64,000 bases of DNA from Octopus vulgaris (lineage: Eukaryota): NCBI GenBank assembly GCA_951406725.2, contig OX597823.1:25978001-26042000 (forward strand), written 5' to 3'. The notes below the pieces were generated by a model, which did no database searches, was not told the DNA's origin, and saw only the letters and a program-made list of their open reading frames with translations. Of the stretch, positions 48,907-61,350 are shown in pieces. The position numbers were made by a program, and so were the translations under genes. Numbering within the stretch: the stretch's first letter is position 1; each line of letters starts with the position of its first letter.

Positions 48907-51494
48907 GTTTAAAGTATTAAATGACAGCTGACTTCTTAAGCTGGTCAAATGGTCTCTGGTATTAAATGTCAATCATCATATTACAAGTATCACACAAAGA
49001 CTTAAGGCAGATTCAAAATTTAATTATTTTTTTATTAGTTTAGAATTGGGATAAAATTATGTTTTGTGTAAAGCTGCAGTAATCAATATGTGTCCCACCC
49101 ATGCTATTTGTCTTAAAATTCATCTTTCTATAACTTGAAGGTATGACCTGGCGTATCACTACTGTTTTCTACCTTTTCCAGCAAGAGTAACCATGTATAT
49201 CTCCCTGAAGCAAGATACTTGTTCCAGTTCATTTATTATATTTTAGCCTCTCATCAGTCAGCATAAAGCCACCTCCCTCAGTCAAGGTGTCTTGTCCTTG
49301 TGGGTTCTTTAGTAACCTCACTAATGCTGGTGAACACAAAAAGTGACCAGTACACTTTGCAAAGTAGTTGGCATTAGGAAAGGCATCCGGCTGTAGAAAC
49401 CACACCAGAACAGATCCTAAAATTTAGTGCATCCTTCTGATTGCTAGCTGCTGTTGAGTCATCAAACCTATGCCAGCATGGAAAATTGATGTAAATGTTG
49501 ATGACAATGTTGAAGGTGGCTTGAGGAAAAGTGGTCAAGTCAAATCTAAAAACATTGGGGCTTACAGGTTATTGACGCAAGTGTGAAAATGTATAGTTAG
49601 CTTTAGTCATGTTGGTACCTGTTAACTTCCAGGTTGATACATGTATGTACATCTTTGCAAGTATTTTATGATATGAAACAGTCATGCTTACGAGTTTTCT
49701 TGCTTTCATTTTTGTGCCACTTTGCTCTAATTCTCTCTTACTCTCTTTCAATCTTTTTCTTTCTGTTTACTTGCAGTCACAGTTATGCTGTTTAGAATTA
49801 TGTCAAAATTGGAACCATTGCACACTACCATATCGTTTATAAATGATCATAGTTATTTACGAATACACCAAGAGAAACTTGACTGCAGACTTATCAAAAA
49901 CCATGTCAGCACAGATAAAAACAACAGACACTAAAATTATAAAATGGAAAAATATATATAAAAACAAGGAATTGTACCAAAAAAAAAAAAGAAAGAAAGA
50001 AAAACACATCTAGTTGGAACTTAGTTTATATTATTTATTCTTTGATCTGAAAGAAAGAAACTATTTCCCTCTTTAAAGCTAGACTAAGAGAGACTAGACT
50101 GTTAAAGAAAGAGTCTGATTACATCAGCCACTCAATAGTTGAGATGAAGCCAACTATGATATAATGATTCACAACAAAAATATTATGATAAGAAACCAAT
50201 CAATTTTTTTCTTCTTTTCATTTTCTAGCTAGACTAATCCCCATTTATAGTAATTTTCCAACCAGTAACTCAACAGATTTGAAACTGAAATCAAAGTAAA
50301 ATAATATTTATATCTAAATCCCTACCCAACCTATTTTACATTTTTATTTTAACAGTTTCTCACTTCACATACATCCTATCTCTAAACAAATCAAATAAGC
50401 AATATGAATAAATCAAATCAGAAATAAAATATATCCACTGTTACCCACATGCACTCGTATGCACATACACATAGACAGACAGTGTAAATTCTACAGAGGA
50501 GAAGTTGGGTGACTTCTTATGGCCAATTAAGTTGCTAGCCTGAGCAAGTAACATAGTTAATTAAGATACCAGATTAATAGATCAAAGTCTGAACCTAAAT
50601 GTAAGCTTTAAACTGTGACTAAACGTTAACCTAGTCACACTGTCTTTTCTCCTCCTAATAAATAGTTTTAGCTGTCTATTACAGATACAAGCAAGTCCAT
50701 TCAGTGATGCATATCAACAAATGGATCAGAGTAGGCTTTTGACTCTTCCTGATATTAACAGGGAGAAAAAAAATTACGTCAGCTCAACTAAAAGAGAGAG
50801 AGAGAGAGATGTCGGTTGAATAAGGAAATAGTGGCAGTACTTCAATTTTATAGCTTTTATTGAAGTTGTTTGATGAAGTGAGCTTCCAGTAAACTGTCTT
50901 CTGACCTGGTTTTAATAATAACCATTTATTTCACTTTACTTTAGTCACTGATGCTCTTGGGAACTTGACACAATCTCATTTCTCTCGTTCATATAAATTT
51001 GAAAGATTGCTTTGAACCACTGTGGCAAATTGGAAGAGCTGTTAGATGACCAGATTGATTGCCTTGCAGTGTTTGCTCTGGCTCTTTGCATGCTGGGTTC
51101 AAATTTCATTTTTCATCTTTTAGGAGAGAAAAAAATCCAATAAAACAAAACTCAAACCAAAGTTTGAAGTTGATTTAATAAACTAATCCTCTTGTGTCTG
51201 TGTTAGAAAGCGTCATTGTTATAATTCTTTGTACAGGACAGACTTTGTCTTTTATCCTACCAAGGTTGGCAGTACATCCATGACAGCAGTTGCCAATCAA
51301 ACAAGAGTTTTGTTTTTAACTAATGTTATCCCATACTTATTGTAGGGTATGTTATCCTATGATTTAAGAAATGTCGAGTGACCACATAGAGACCATGTGG
51401 TCTCTTCTTTATGTGAAGAAGTAAGAAAACTATACTCATGATTCTGGTGGAGTTGGATGAAATATCTTTAAAAAATTTGCTTTGGAACCTTTAA

Positions 51495-51700
51495 CCCTTT
51501 AATATTTAAACTGGTCAAATATTCCAATTGTTTTATGTTTAAACTGGCCAGATGTGGCCTCTGACACCTACTCTACAATATCATTGTAAAATTTAACAGT
51601 TACATCATCAAAATCTCAAAGCTACAAGATAATACAGGATTAATTAAAAACATGAATAAATAAACATTACTTTCGACAAAATAATGTGAATGCTGAAGGG
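51495..51700. mobile_element. piggyBac-type MITE (206 bp), second copy
   Basis: TTAA|CCCTTTAATATTT...GAATGCTGAAGGG|TTAA; body aligns with 44147-44354. Confidence 0.85.
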
Positions 51701-53907
51701 TTAATATAGGAATATATGAACATTAAATGAAGTTAAGCATTAAGTAAAATTTCTTTCTATTTGCTGATCAAATCAATCAATATTTTAGTTATTTTAAAAG
51801 TGTGATTAAGTAAACTGCTTGTCTATTTGTAACCTGCCTCTTTGTATCTGTCAGATGGATGATTAGAATTATTTACATAAAGAGCCAAAACAATAACTTT
51901 CTTGCCAGTCTCTCAGATCATTAGTGATATAATTGAAGTGAAGTAACCAAAATGAAAGGAAGCAAAACTAAGTTACAAACATAACTCATCAAGTGTGCTA
52001 CATTCTACTCTATTCTTTATTACCCACTACAACAGTATATCAATTTTTCTTAAAACTTCTCTATTTATATTGTCAATTACACATTGCTCATTGTCACACA
52101 ATTTGATAAATAAATGGCATGGCTAATTCCAGTCTTAATTGCATTTACATTATTTTTAGAATAAAACAACTTTCCATACAGTATGGAAATAAAAAAGAAT
52201 TGTAGCAACAAACCAATTCATTATAATGAGATTGCAAAAAAACAAACTGTAAACACATTTTGCTCTTTGAGCTTGAGCTAAAAATATGTTTGAGCAGAAA
52301 GAATTAGAATTTATTTATCAGTTTATCAAACCTGAAGGTGTTCCAACTATGACCATCCCATTCCATCTTTTAAATGAAATCACAAGGATTTTTCTCAAAA
52401 TTTTCAACCCTACCATTAAGACAAAAGCATTCCTACCTGTTTTTATGGAATGTCTTTTTTTTTCTCCACCTTTCCAAGCATGACCACTCAACTTTTTTTT
52501 TTACAGATTTTTCACAGAAATGAAAGCATTGCAACTTTAACCCTGCCACTCGTGTTCTTATGCATGGTGGCATCGTTATTCTTCATTAATTATATATATT
52601 ATGTGAATTGTATTATATTGCAATAATATTGTTTTATCAAATTGTATTGAATTTTATTAATTTTGATTCCTACTGCTCACTAACAAACTGATTCATAATC
52701 TTTGAGTTAAAATTTGAATTTGAAAAAAAAAGAGGATAGTCATAGAATGCTTTCATTCTAACTAATATGAAACTGTCTCTGAATCCATAAAAAGATTTTT
52801 TAAAAAATAAAAAAAGTATGGTAATGTTTGAAAAATTTGTAAAATACAAATAACCATCACAGCATGTTAGATGATAATGATGAACACTTCAATTAAAAAA
52901 AAACAAAACAAGATGTTCACAGTTGGAATGCTTTCATTCTTACAGTTTGATAAACTGATAAATAATTTCTACTTCCTTATTGACCTAACCAATAAAATTT
53001 AGCATGTGCCAAAAAAGAAAAAAAAAGTGGGGGGAGGGGGTAATCAGACTGATTTGGTTTGACTTCATGAAATTTCTATTTTGGACCCAAAAATAAATAC
53101 AAATGAATGAATGAATGAATGTATAAACACAGAAAACTTTGTATTTAGTGCACACATTTGACATGGTTTGATGTTAAGACTACTGGACTTTCAATCATCA
53201 CTTGGGTCTATCTTCAATTGATATTCTATACTGTCTGTATGATTGACTTTACAGGACTGTTATTTCTAAAAACATTTTTTTTTTTACTGCAGCAAGAAAT
53301 TTTGGCTGCTAGAAGTTCAATTTTGTTTTGTGGTATTGAAATATTCATCATATTGAATTTCATTATAACCAGATTCATTTAGCATTGATTCATTAGGATT
53401 ATGACCAGAGATTAAAAAAATTTCATTACACTGAGAAAATTCGTTATATTGGTATTTTCTCTAATGGAATTTCACCTGTACATACAGACACACCATTCAA
53501 CATTATAGCATGGTTATATTACCATGTGATGAACTGAACTTTTTGATCAATGAACTAACTATACAAATATTGATTTTAAAACACTGACAATTCAAGTTAG
53601 ATGTAAACAAAAATCATTATATCACATGCTTTAACCTTGAAAATAGAGTTGTTATTTAATAGAATTTCATGAAAAGAACAATAACAAAATATTTATAAAT
53701 ATTCCTTTTCATCAGAGAAAAAGAATTCCTTTACCTCACTGCATTCTACATTCCAAAACAAAAACAGAATGCAAAGATTTTGAAACAATTGTAGTAAAAT
53801 ACAAGCTTATTGTCTTGCCATCTTGTTTACAAATATAACCAAAACATGCCCTTAAAATACTTGATTGGTTATATTTCAGACAACATTTCATTTTATGGAT
53901 CATAATG

Positions 53908-54095
53908 TGAGAGGGTTCTGAAAAGTTCCAGGTGATGGGTAAGAGAAGATACATGAGGTGTAATTAATTATGATTTTATTCAACATATTCCCCTCATTGT
54001 AGTGGTCCTTCAGTATTTCTAAGCCCTGTAAAAGAACTCAGAAGTTTGAGCATCCAGCCAGGCCTTTGAAGCCAGAACTTTTCAGCACCCTCTTG
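53908..54095. mobile_element. mariner-derived MITE
   Basis: Imperfect TIRs tgagagggttctgaaaagttcc / gaacttttcagcaccctcttg followed by TA. Confidence 0.7.
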
Positions 54096-55183
54096 TATAT
54101 GAAACATAAAACCTGAAATGATCATTCTACAGAAGGTATTTAAAATCATATATAGATCTTGAATAGATGGGGGTAAAAGGGATCACCAGCTTAAAGCTCT
54201 TCTACTAATCTGAAGGTGTTTCACTGTGTATTTCAGCAGTGTACTCTAAATTATACATTGCTTTATTGCATCCAGCTGTCAAGATTAGGGACAAATTTAT
54301 ATGGAAATACTTGTGAACATGTGACATCCTATTTCCAAGAGACAGGGTCATGACTTCAATGAAAGGAAAACTAAGTACCTTGGAGCTACTTAAAGCCATT
54401 TACATTAACTACCACTGCAACTGCTACTAATCCTACTTTTAGAGTTGCACAGCATCCATTACTCCAAGTATACTGATATGAACCTGCCATCATATTAGAA
54501 TAGGCCAGATTTTATCTTCTGGAGGTCCCATTATATTGTGTAGAATACTGTATAAATCTGTGAGTGACAAAGGGACAAAGAGGGACATAGATGAATGACC
54601 ATGCAGAAATTCCCCCCACCATCTTCAGTGTACCTATTCTAAAGATGGTATGAAGTTTATTGGTAGAAATAATAGTACAATAGCTGTGATGTTGTGGTGA
54701 TGAGCTTTCTGAATATACAGATTTGAGATCAAACCTGACTACAACCAGTATGTTCATATTTTTTATAGCTCTGGGAAACACACAATATGCTGCAAGTTTC
54801 AGTTTAGCTGACAAAACAAGTTCTACTTCATTCACATTTAAATTCACATTAATAGTTGGAAGAGTGACCAGATGTAAAAGCAATTACTTCAACAGAAACT
54901 AAGCCTAGTCTGGAAAAATACATCAAAAACAAGAAACACACCTACTCAATCAAATACACACACAAACACTAAAAATATAATAAATTTAGCTAAAAAATGT
55001 GCCTGTAAATATATTGTTTGCTTTCAATATTTGAATGATCAAACATAATAGCAGGCATCTAACAGAAGACCAGGCTAAATATATTTAGTACACATTTACC
55101 AGAAAGACCTGATGTGATAATTTATCTTCTCCACAAACTTATTTTACTATTCCAATCACCTCAACGTTTTTTTTTTTTTATAA

Positions 55184-55283
55184 AACCTCATTTCCTTTTC
55201 CATTATTTATCCTTAACCTCATTTCCCTTTCCATTATTTATCCTGAACCTCATTTCTCTTCCCATTATTTATCCTGAACCTTA
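55184..55283. repeat. ~31-bp tandem repeat, 3 units
   Basis: aacctcatttc(c/t)(c/t)tt(t/c)ccattatttatcct(t/g) x3. Confidence 0.85.
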
Positions 55284-56941
55284 TACCCATGTAAGAAACC
55301 AATCATCCGAGGTGGTAAAATTTATTAGTTAAAATAAGTTTTAATTGTGGCTATTGGCAAATGTCTACTCCTAAAGAATGTACCTTCCACTCTATACGCT
55401 CCAGAAAATGTGCTTATATATGAAGGAATGTTGTATACAAACACACATTTTTTTATGTATAGTCATATATAAACAGCCAAACATTAATTGAAGGACAACT
55501 CTGAAGGACAACTCAATACATTTATTTTTATTAGGAAAAGGTTGACAGAGGCTTCAAAGTTTTGTTGGACATAAGCTTCCTTAGAGGGTTGGATAGTCTG
55601 ACAAAGCTAACAGCTGCAAAACTTCAGTTGCTATCAGATACCTTTCCATTGTAAATATGTGTGCGTGTGTATGTTTAATTTCTACTTTGTACATAATATC
55701 TATGAAAATAATTACTAGTTGTGCTCCATAATTCAGGAAGTTTTTCATATTTGAAGAAGTATCTAATTGATGCTAGCATCAATGATGTACAAAAATAAAG
55801 TTGAGGAGGTGGGAGAGCAGAATTTTTTCTTGTTTATAGGCTCAAGTCCAAAGCCCTGATTAAAAAGGCTTACAATCAAAGATGTTCAAATTATAAACAT
55901 CCAGTGTTTAAGTTGTAGTGTCTCCAAGACTGACATATTCTGGACACACGTACCTTCTTCCTATTTTATGTAGGTCTAACAATTACAGAGCTCATAACAA
56001 TTTTCTTTTGCATTTTGTACTTTTATTAGCATTCACATAATGGGTTTAATTAGTTCCTCCAATAGATTGGCATCTCAAACAAGAACCACTACTTGTATTA
56101 TGAGCTGTCAGTAACCAAGTCAGACTTATAAGTTCTTACCTTGTGTACTTAAATAAACAGAAATTATAAATACTGATATATAGCTAGTTCCTTATACAGT
56201 GAATGATCATTTGAAAGTGTTCTTACATTTTACTACTTTAATTAATCAATAACTTTATCTCACACAAATATGATGAAGTCACTTGTTTGACTCTTCCTAA
56301 CAAGTGGTATCCATCTATTACTAATTAACCCAATTATCTTCTAATGAAGGAAGCAATGAAAGTTGTTATATTCAAACTGTTTCTCAAGATCATTAACTAG
56401 GTCAACAGTTTGTATCATTACCAGTAAACCACTGGTGTCCATCTATAGTGAAGTCTCTAGTTGTTGCTCCAGTCCACTCAACTACAAAGAGGTACCACTT
56501 TACAAATCTTACTACAGTAAGCAAAAGTAGTAGTGTCTAATACAAGAACTCCCAGTGTTCATTCACACTGTAACCAGAATTAACCAATTTTATCATCACA
56601 GCAAAGTAGACTTGATGTGAAGGAACTAGAAACAGAACAGCTATCATCACCACCTCCACCCCAGCATCTGCTGCAAACCTTAACATTATACTCCAAAGAG
56701 TTTACCATTTTATCAATGTAACTGTTTGTACCAGTACAACTTACCTACTTTTCTCACTACAAAGTTCACCCTGCTCCAGTTTAGATTCTGATATCACTTT
56801 TCAACAAGACAATCCAGATTCAAAAGAAAATGTCTTATGGTTAGACACTTTACATCAATGATGAACAACTTTACTGCAGCACCAACCAAATAGAATATAT
56901 AAACCCTAATTAAAAACATACTCCCGTTTTGTTAGTTTGTG

Positions 56942-56988
<47 letters not shown>

Positions 56989-57624
56989 TCTTCCCTTCTT
57001 TCCTGAGCATCCAATAATACTTTATTTGTTCCACGTCCTTGCGTTGTTGTGTTTTTTTGTTTGGATTAACTATATATATATATATATATATATACACCCC
57101 ACCCCCACATACACACAGAACCTCCCATATAGATCCTTATCTTCCTCTCTTTAAAGATATTTCTTTTCAAAATTAATTTATATAAATATCTAGCAAACTG
57201 TTTCTATCTAAGTGTTTATCAGTAACTAAATTCAAATAAATGATTGACATGTTAAGAAAAAAAAAATTAAAAGCATCAGGTGTTTACACAGCTTATTACT
57301 AAAATGAAGAGGTAATTAATAGATGCAAAATCATATATATGTCAAGAAGAGAAATATAATGATACTATGTTCTTTTTCCTTGCCATATGGCTTCATGAGA
57401 CCCCATCCCAAATATCTAAAGCAAATGAGAAAAAATACAATAGACATACGTAAAAGACATTTAAATCTACATGCCTCAATTCATTTTATTCAGCTTCTGG
57501 GAAGATTTATATATATATATATATATATATAATAGCACCTTTTGGCATCTATTTCTCTAGCATGTGGAGAAGCCTATAGCCAATCCCTTGTGATAATTAT
57601 GTATATGATTATTAAAATATTTGT

Positions 57625-57917
57625 GGGTCAACCAAAGCCTTGCGAGTGGATTTGGTAGGCAGAAACTGAAAGAAGCCAGTTGTATAAATGTATATATGTA
57701 TGTGGATGTTTGTGTGTCTGTGTTTGCCCCTCCCCCCCAACATTGCTTGACAACTGATGCTGGTGTGTTTACGTCCCTACAACTTAACAGTTCAGCAACA
57801 GGGACCAATAGAATAAGTATTAGGCTTACAAAGAATAAGTCCTGGGGTTGATTTACTCAACTAAAGGCAGTGCTCCAGCATGGCCACAGTCAAATGACTG
57901 AAACAAGAAAAAGAAAA

Positions 57918-57920
<3 letters not shown>
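57625..57920 (+). mobile_element. 5'-truncated family-2 SINE
   Basis: Aligns with 58075-58375; separated from that copy by (TA)n. Confidence 0.85.
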
Positions 57921-57965
<45 letters not shown>

Positions 57966-57968
<3 letters not shown>

Positions 57969-58372
57969 CGCAGGAGTGGCTGTGTGGTAAGTAGCTTGCT
58001 TACCAACCACATGGTTCAGGGTTCAGTCCCACTGCGTGGCATCTTGGGCAAGTGTCTTCTGCTATAGCCCCAGGCCGACCAATGCCTTGTGAGTGGATTT
58101 GGTAGATGGAAACTGAAAGAAGCCTGTCGTATATATATGTATATATATATATGTGTATGTGTATGTTTGTGTGTCTGTGTTTGTCCCCCTAGCATTGCTT
58201 GACAACCGATGCTGGTGTGTTTATGTCCCTGTTACTTAGCGGTTCGGCAAAAGAGACCGATAGAATAAGTACTGGGCTTACAAAGAATAAGTCCTGGGGT
58301 CGATTTGCTCGACTAAAGGCGGTGCTCCAGCATGGCTGCAGTCAAAATGACTGAAACAAGTAAAAGAGTAAA

Positions 58373-58375
<3 letters not shown>
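57966..58375 (+). mobile_element. Full-length young family-2 SINE inserted in (TA)n
   Basis: ggcgcaggagtggctgtgtggtaag (A box)...ggttcagtccc (B box)...cttgggcaagtg...ccagcatggctgcagtcaaaatgactgaaacaagtaaaagag; (TA)n on both sides. Confidence 0.9.
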
Positions 58376-58410
<35 letters not shown>

Positions 58411-60111
58411 CAGTATCGAACCATCATTTTAGCTTTCAAAGGATGCCACCCTACTGGCTAGTTGAGCAGGCCTACACACACACACACACAATGTATGATG
58501 TATCCTTCATACTTAAATCATAGACCCCTTGTCTTCAGAAGCAAGGATATTGACAGTTTATGTCATGTCATTAGTGTTGAAGGTACTTAACTCTTAAAAG
58601 CAGAGTTCACAAACCTCCAAGTAGCTATACATGAACGAACACTATACAGTAGTATAAATAAGTACCATGAGGCTTTATAGCTCACTCATGTATGCAGTGG
58701 CAACACTAGGGATTTGACAAATGATTTTCTGGCATGCTATGTTGGGTTTAATATTTCCCAAAGCTATCTAATAAATCAGTGAAACTCCAAGGACTGATTT
58801 GTTTTTCATCTGCTTATCTCTACAAAAACTGGAGATAAGCACTACACCCTTTCCTCTAATAGCTAAGACTTGGAAAAGAAATTAACCCGTTTAGCTTTTT
58901 TCTAAATTATTTATTTTGTATTAATCCAATGATGGTTCCAGAGTGATTATGGATATTAGTACAGTTCCTGGAACTATAAGACATAAAATAATGTCTTAAT
59001 TCCATGTATCTTTGATAGACAATGCAACATATTGGAAGGAGGAGGAGAAGGAAGATAAAAACTAAACAGATCAATCTTCTATTTAGAGATTTATGACTTC
59101 TAAGCAGCTTCGCTGACATTGACTCTCTTATACATTTATGGTTCAATAAAGACATTAATGAAAGAAGCAATAACAAATGATCACTTGGAACCTTAACCTC
59201 TCTCTCTCTCTCATCAGCTTAAACTACAGTAACCTTCTTTTTAGCAGATGTGAAATGTTAGACTGGACTAACCAGTCCATAAAGTTAGAAGTACATAGAG
59301 TGCATTGGTTGATTTGAACTATTTACATTAAGTCACTTCGAACAGACACTTAATGTCTCAGTTTCCATCATTCTGTCATAGTTGCCAATGATAGATTGAC
59401 ATTTTATCCAAACAAACTTGTTGCATCTGCTTAATGCCATGAAACTAGAACTAAGCATTGGCTCTTAAGGAGCACTAACGAGAGAGCTCTCTTGGAAATT
59501 AGCTGTAATTGCTTTTTAAATTTCTTTTGTTTTAAAAAAAAACACAAAGTCAATGAATGTGCTTGCATACATATGTATGTCTACATGTTTCATGTAGACA
59601 CATCCCATAGATGAATGAACAGCATAAAACTGATAAACTCCCAAGTGTTCAGATGCAGTATGATGGTTGTGAAGTTATATGATGTCAGTTCATTAACTGC
59701 ATGATTACAAATTCAAACCACAATTACAACTGAATATGGTACAAAATTGTTTCGTCAACTAGAAAAATTAAAACAAGTAAACAGGTTCCATGTTTATACT
59801 TCATGGTAAGTGAAAGAAAGTAAACATGTCTGAGGGAAAAAAGGTGAGATGGTCACAACTGGAATGTCTTAACAGGACCTTTAATACAATCACCAAGTAA
59901 ATGAAAAAAGCCTCTATGCAATCTTTCAACCTGCAAGAAATAGGAGCTAAATTTCAGTCCTGTTAAACGGTACAGCCTTAGAAAAAGCAAAGCTACACTG
60001 GATAACGTATTCCTAGATACATTATAAAAAAAACAAATGGGATGATCAAAATCTTCCATCATAAGGGCTGACCTGAAGTAAAGAAGTTCAGATACAATGC
60101 AATTATTATAT

Positions 60112-61350
60112 ATCATCATCATCATTTAACATCCGTTTTCCATGCTAGCGTGGGTTGGATGGTTCGACCGGGGTCTAGTTAGTTAGTTAGTTAGTTAGTT
60201 AATTTGGCTCAAAAGCAAATAGCAAGGCCATGTAGGGGGACATGGAGTTAAGTACAGGGTGGTGTTCATGTAAAGAGTTCAGGCCACTTGAGGTCCAGGG
60301 AGGCTTTGAACAAAGCGGTCGTCGGCATCTTTACCATCTCGTCTGGCAGCTTGTTCCAAGGATCCGCAACCCGGACGGAGAAAGCTCCTCTCCTTCGATT
60401 GAGATGAAATCGTCGCAGGTAGAGCTTTTCGGAATGACCCCGCAGCCGACGCTCTGGAGCAGGAGTGAAGAACAGCTCTTTTGAGAGGTTACACTTTCCG
60501 CTTATGATGTTGTGGGCGAGAATGAGATCACTACGGTGGCGGCGTTTTTCAGGAGAATAAAGGTCGAGCGTCCTCAGCCTTTCTTCGTAGGACAAATTTT
60601 TGAGACCATGAACCATGCGGGTAGCCAGCTTCTGGACTCTTTCGAGATGCTGTATGTCTTTGAGGAGATAAGGAGAAGAGGCTTGAATCCCATACTCCAA
60701 TATGGGTCTCACCAGCGTGACATAGAGTGGTAGGAATATGGCTGCTGTGAGCATTCCAAATGACCGTCAAATCAAGAACAGAATTCCACGTGCTTTGTTG
60801 GCAGCACGGACGCACTGGGCCGAAGGCGAAAAGGAGGAATCCACCAAGATACCTAGGTCCTTTACCTAGGTCCTCCGCGAGGAGCGACCAGTTTGATATC
60901 GTCGGCAAATAGAAGGGTGTGTTGCGTGAGGTCGTCGGGCAAGTCATTTATGAAGACTAAGAACAACAAGGGCCCAAGCACTGAACCTTGAGGCACGCAC
61001 TGCTCGCACTGGAGACGTCGGACCGCGAACCATTAACTTGGACTTGGAAGGAGCGATCTGAGAGGAAGGCACCAACCCATCGTACAATATCCGGATGGAA
61101 ACTATATGCTTGAAGCTTGACAAGTAATAGGCGGTGGTTTACCGAGTCAAAAGCTTTTTGGCAAAGTCCAGTAAAACGATGTCAACAGCATCACTATCAT
61201 CGAGGAAGCCAGGAGGCTGCGCCAGGCTCCTGTCTGATCTGGTAGTATTTCTACAGCCGGATGCCCTTCCTAATGCCAACCACTCCGGGAGTGTAGTGGG
61301 TGCTTTTTACGTGCCACTGACAAGGGGCCAGAGGAGGCTGGCAAACGGCC
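60112..61350 (-). mobile_element. Family-3 repeat split by a CR1 insertion (parts 60112-60176 and 61203-61350)
   Basis: Intact copy at ~12980 reads ggggtct|gggaagccag; here it reads ggggtct[1 kb]aggaagccag. Confidence 0.85.
60177..61202 (-). mobile_element. 5'-truncated CR1-clade LINE (RT C-terminal half, 3' UTR, (TAAC)n tail), pseudogenised
   Basis: [60 protein letters not shown]...LERVQKLATRMVHGLKNLSYEERLRTLDLYSPEKRR; 3' hairpin ccatgt-ccccct-acatgg; microsatellite tail. Confidence 0.92.

Noticed and set aside
53735-53745. Possible 11-nt microexon (tgtag|AATGCAGTGAG|gtaaag) in intron 1
   Set aside because: Not frame-preserving, and such AG...GT pairs are expected by chance in a >24-kb intron.
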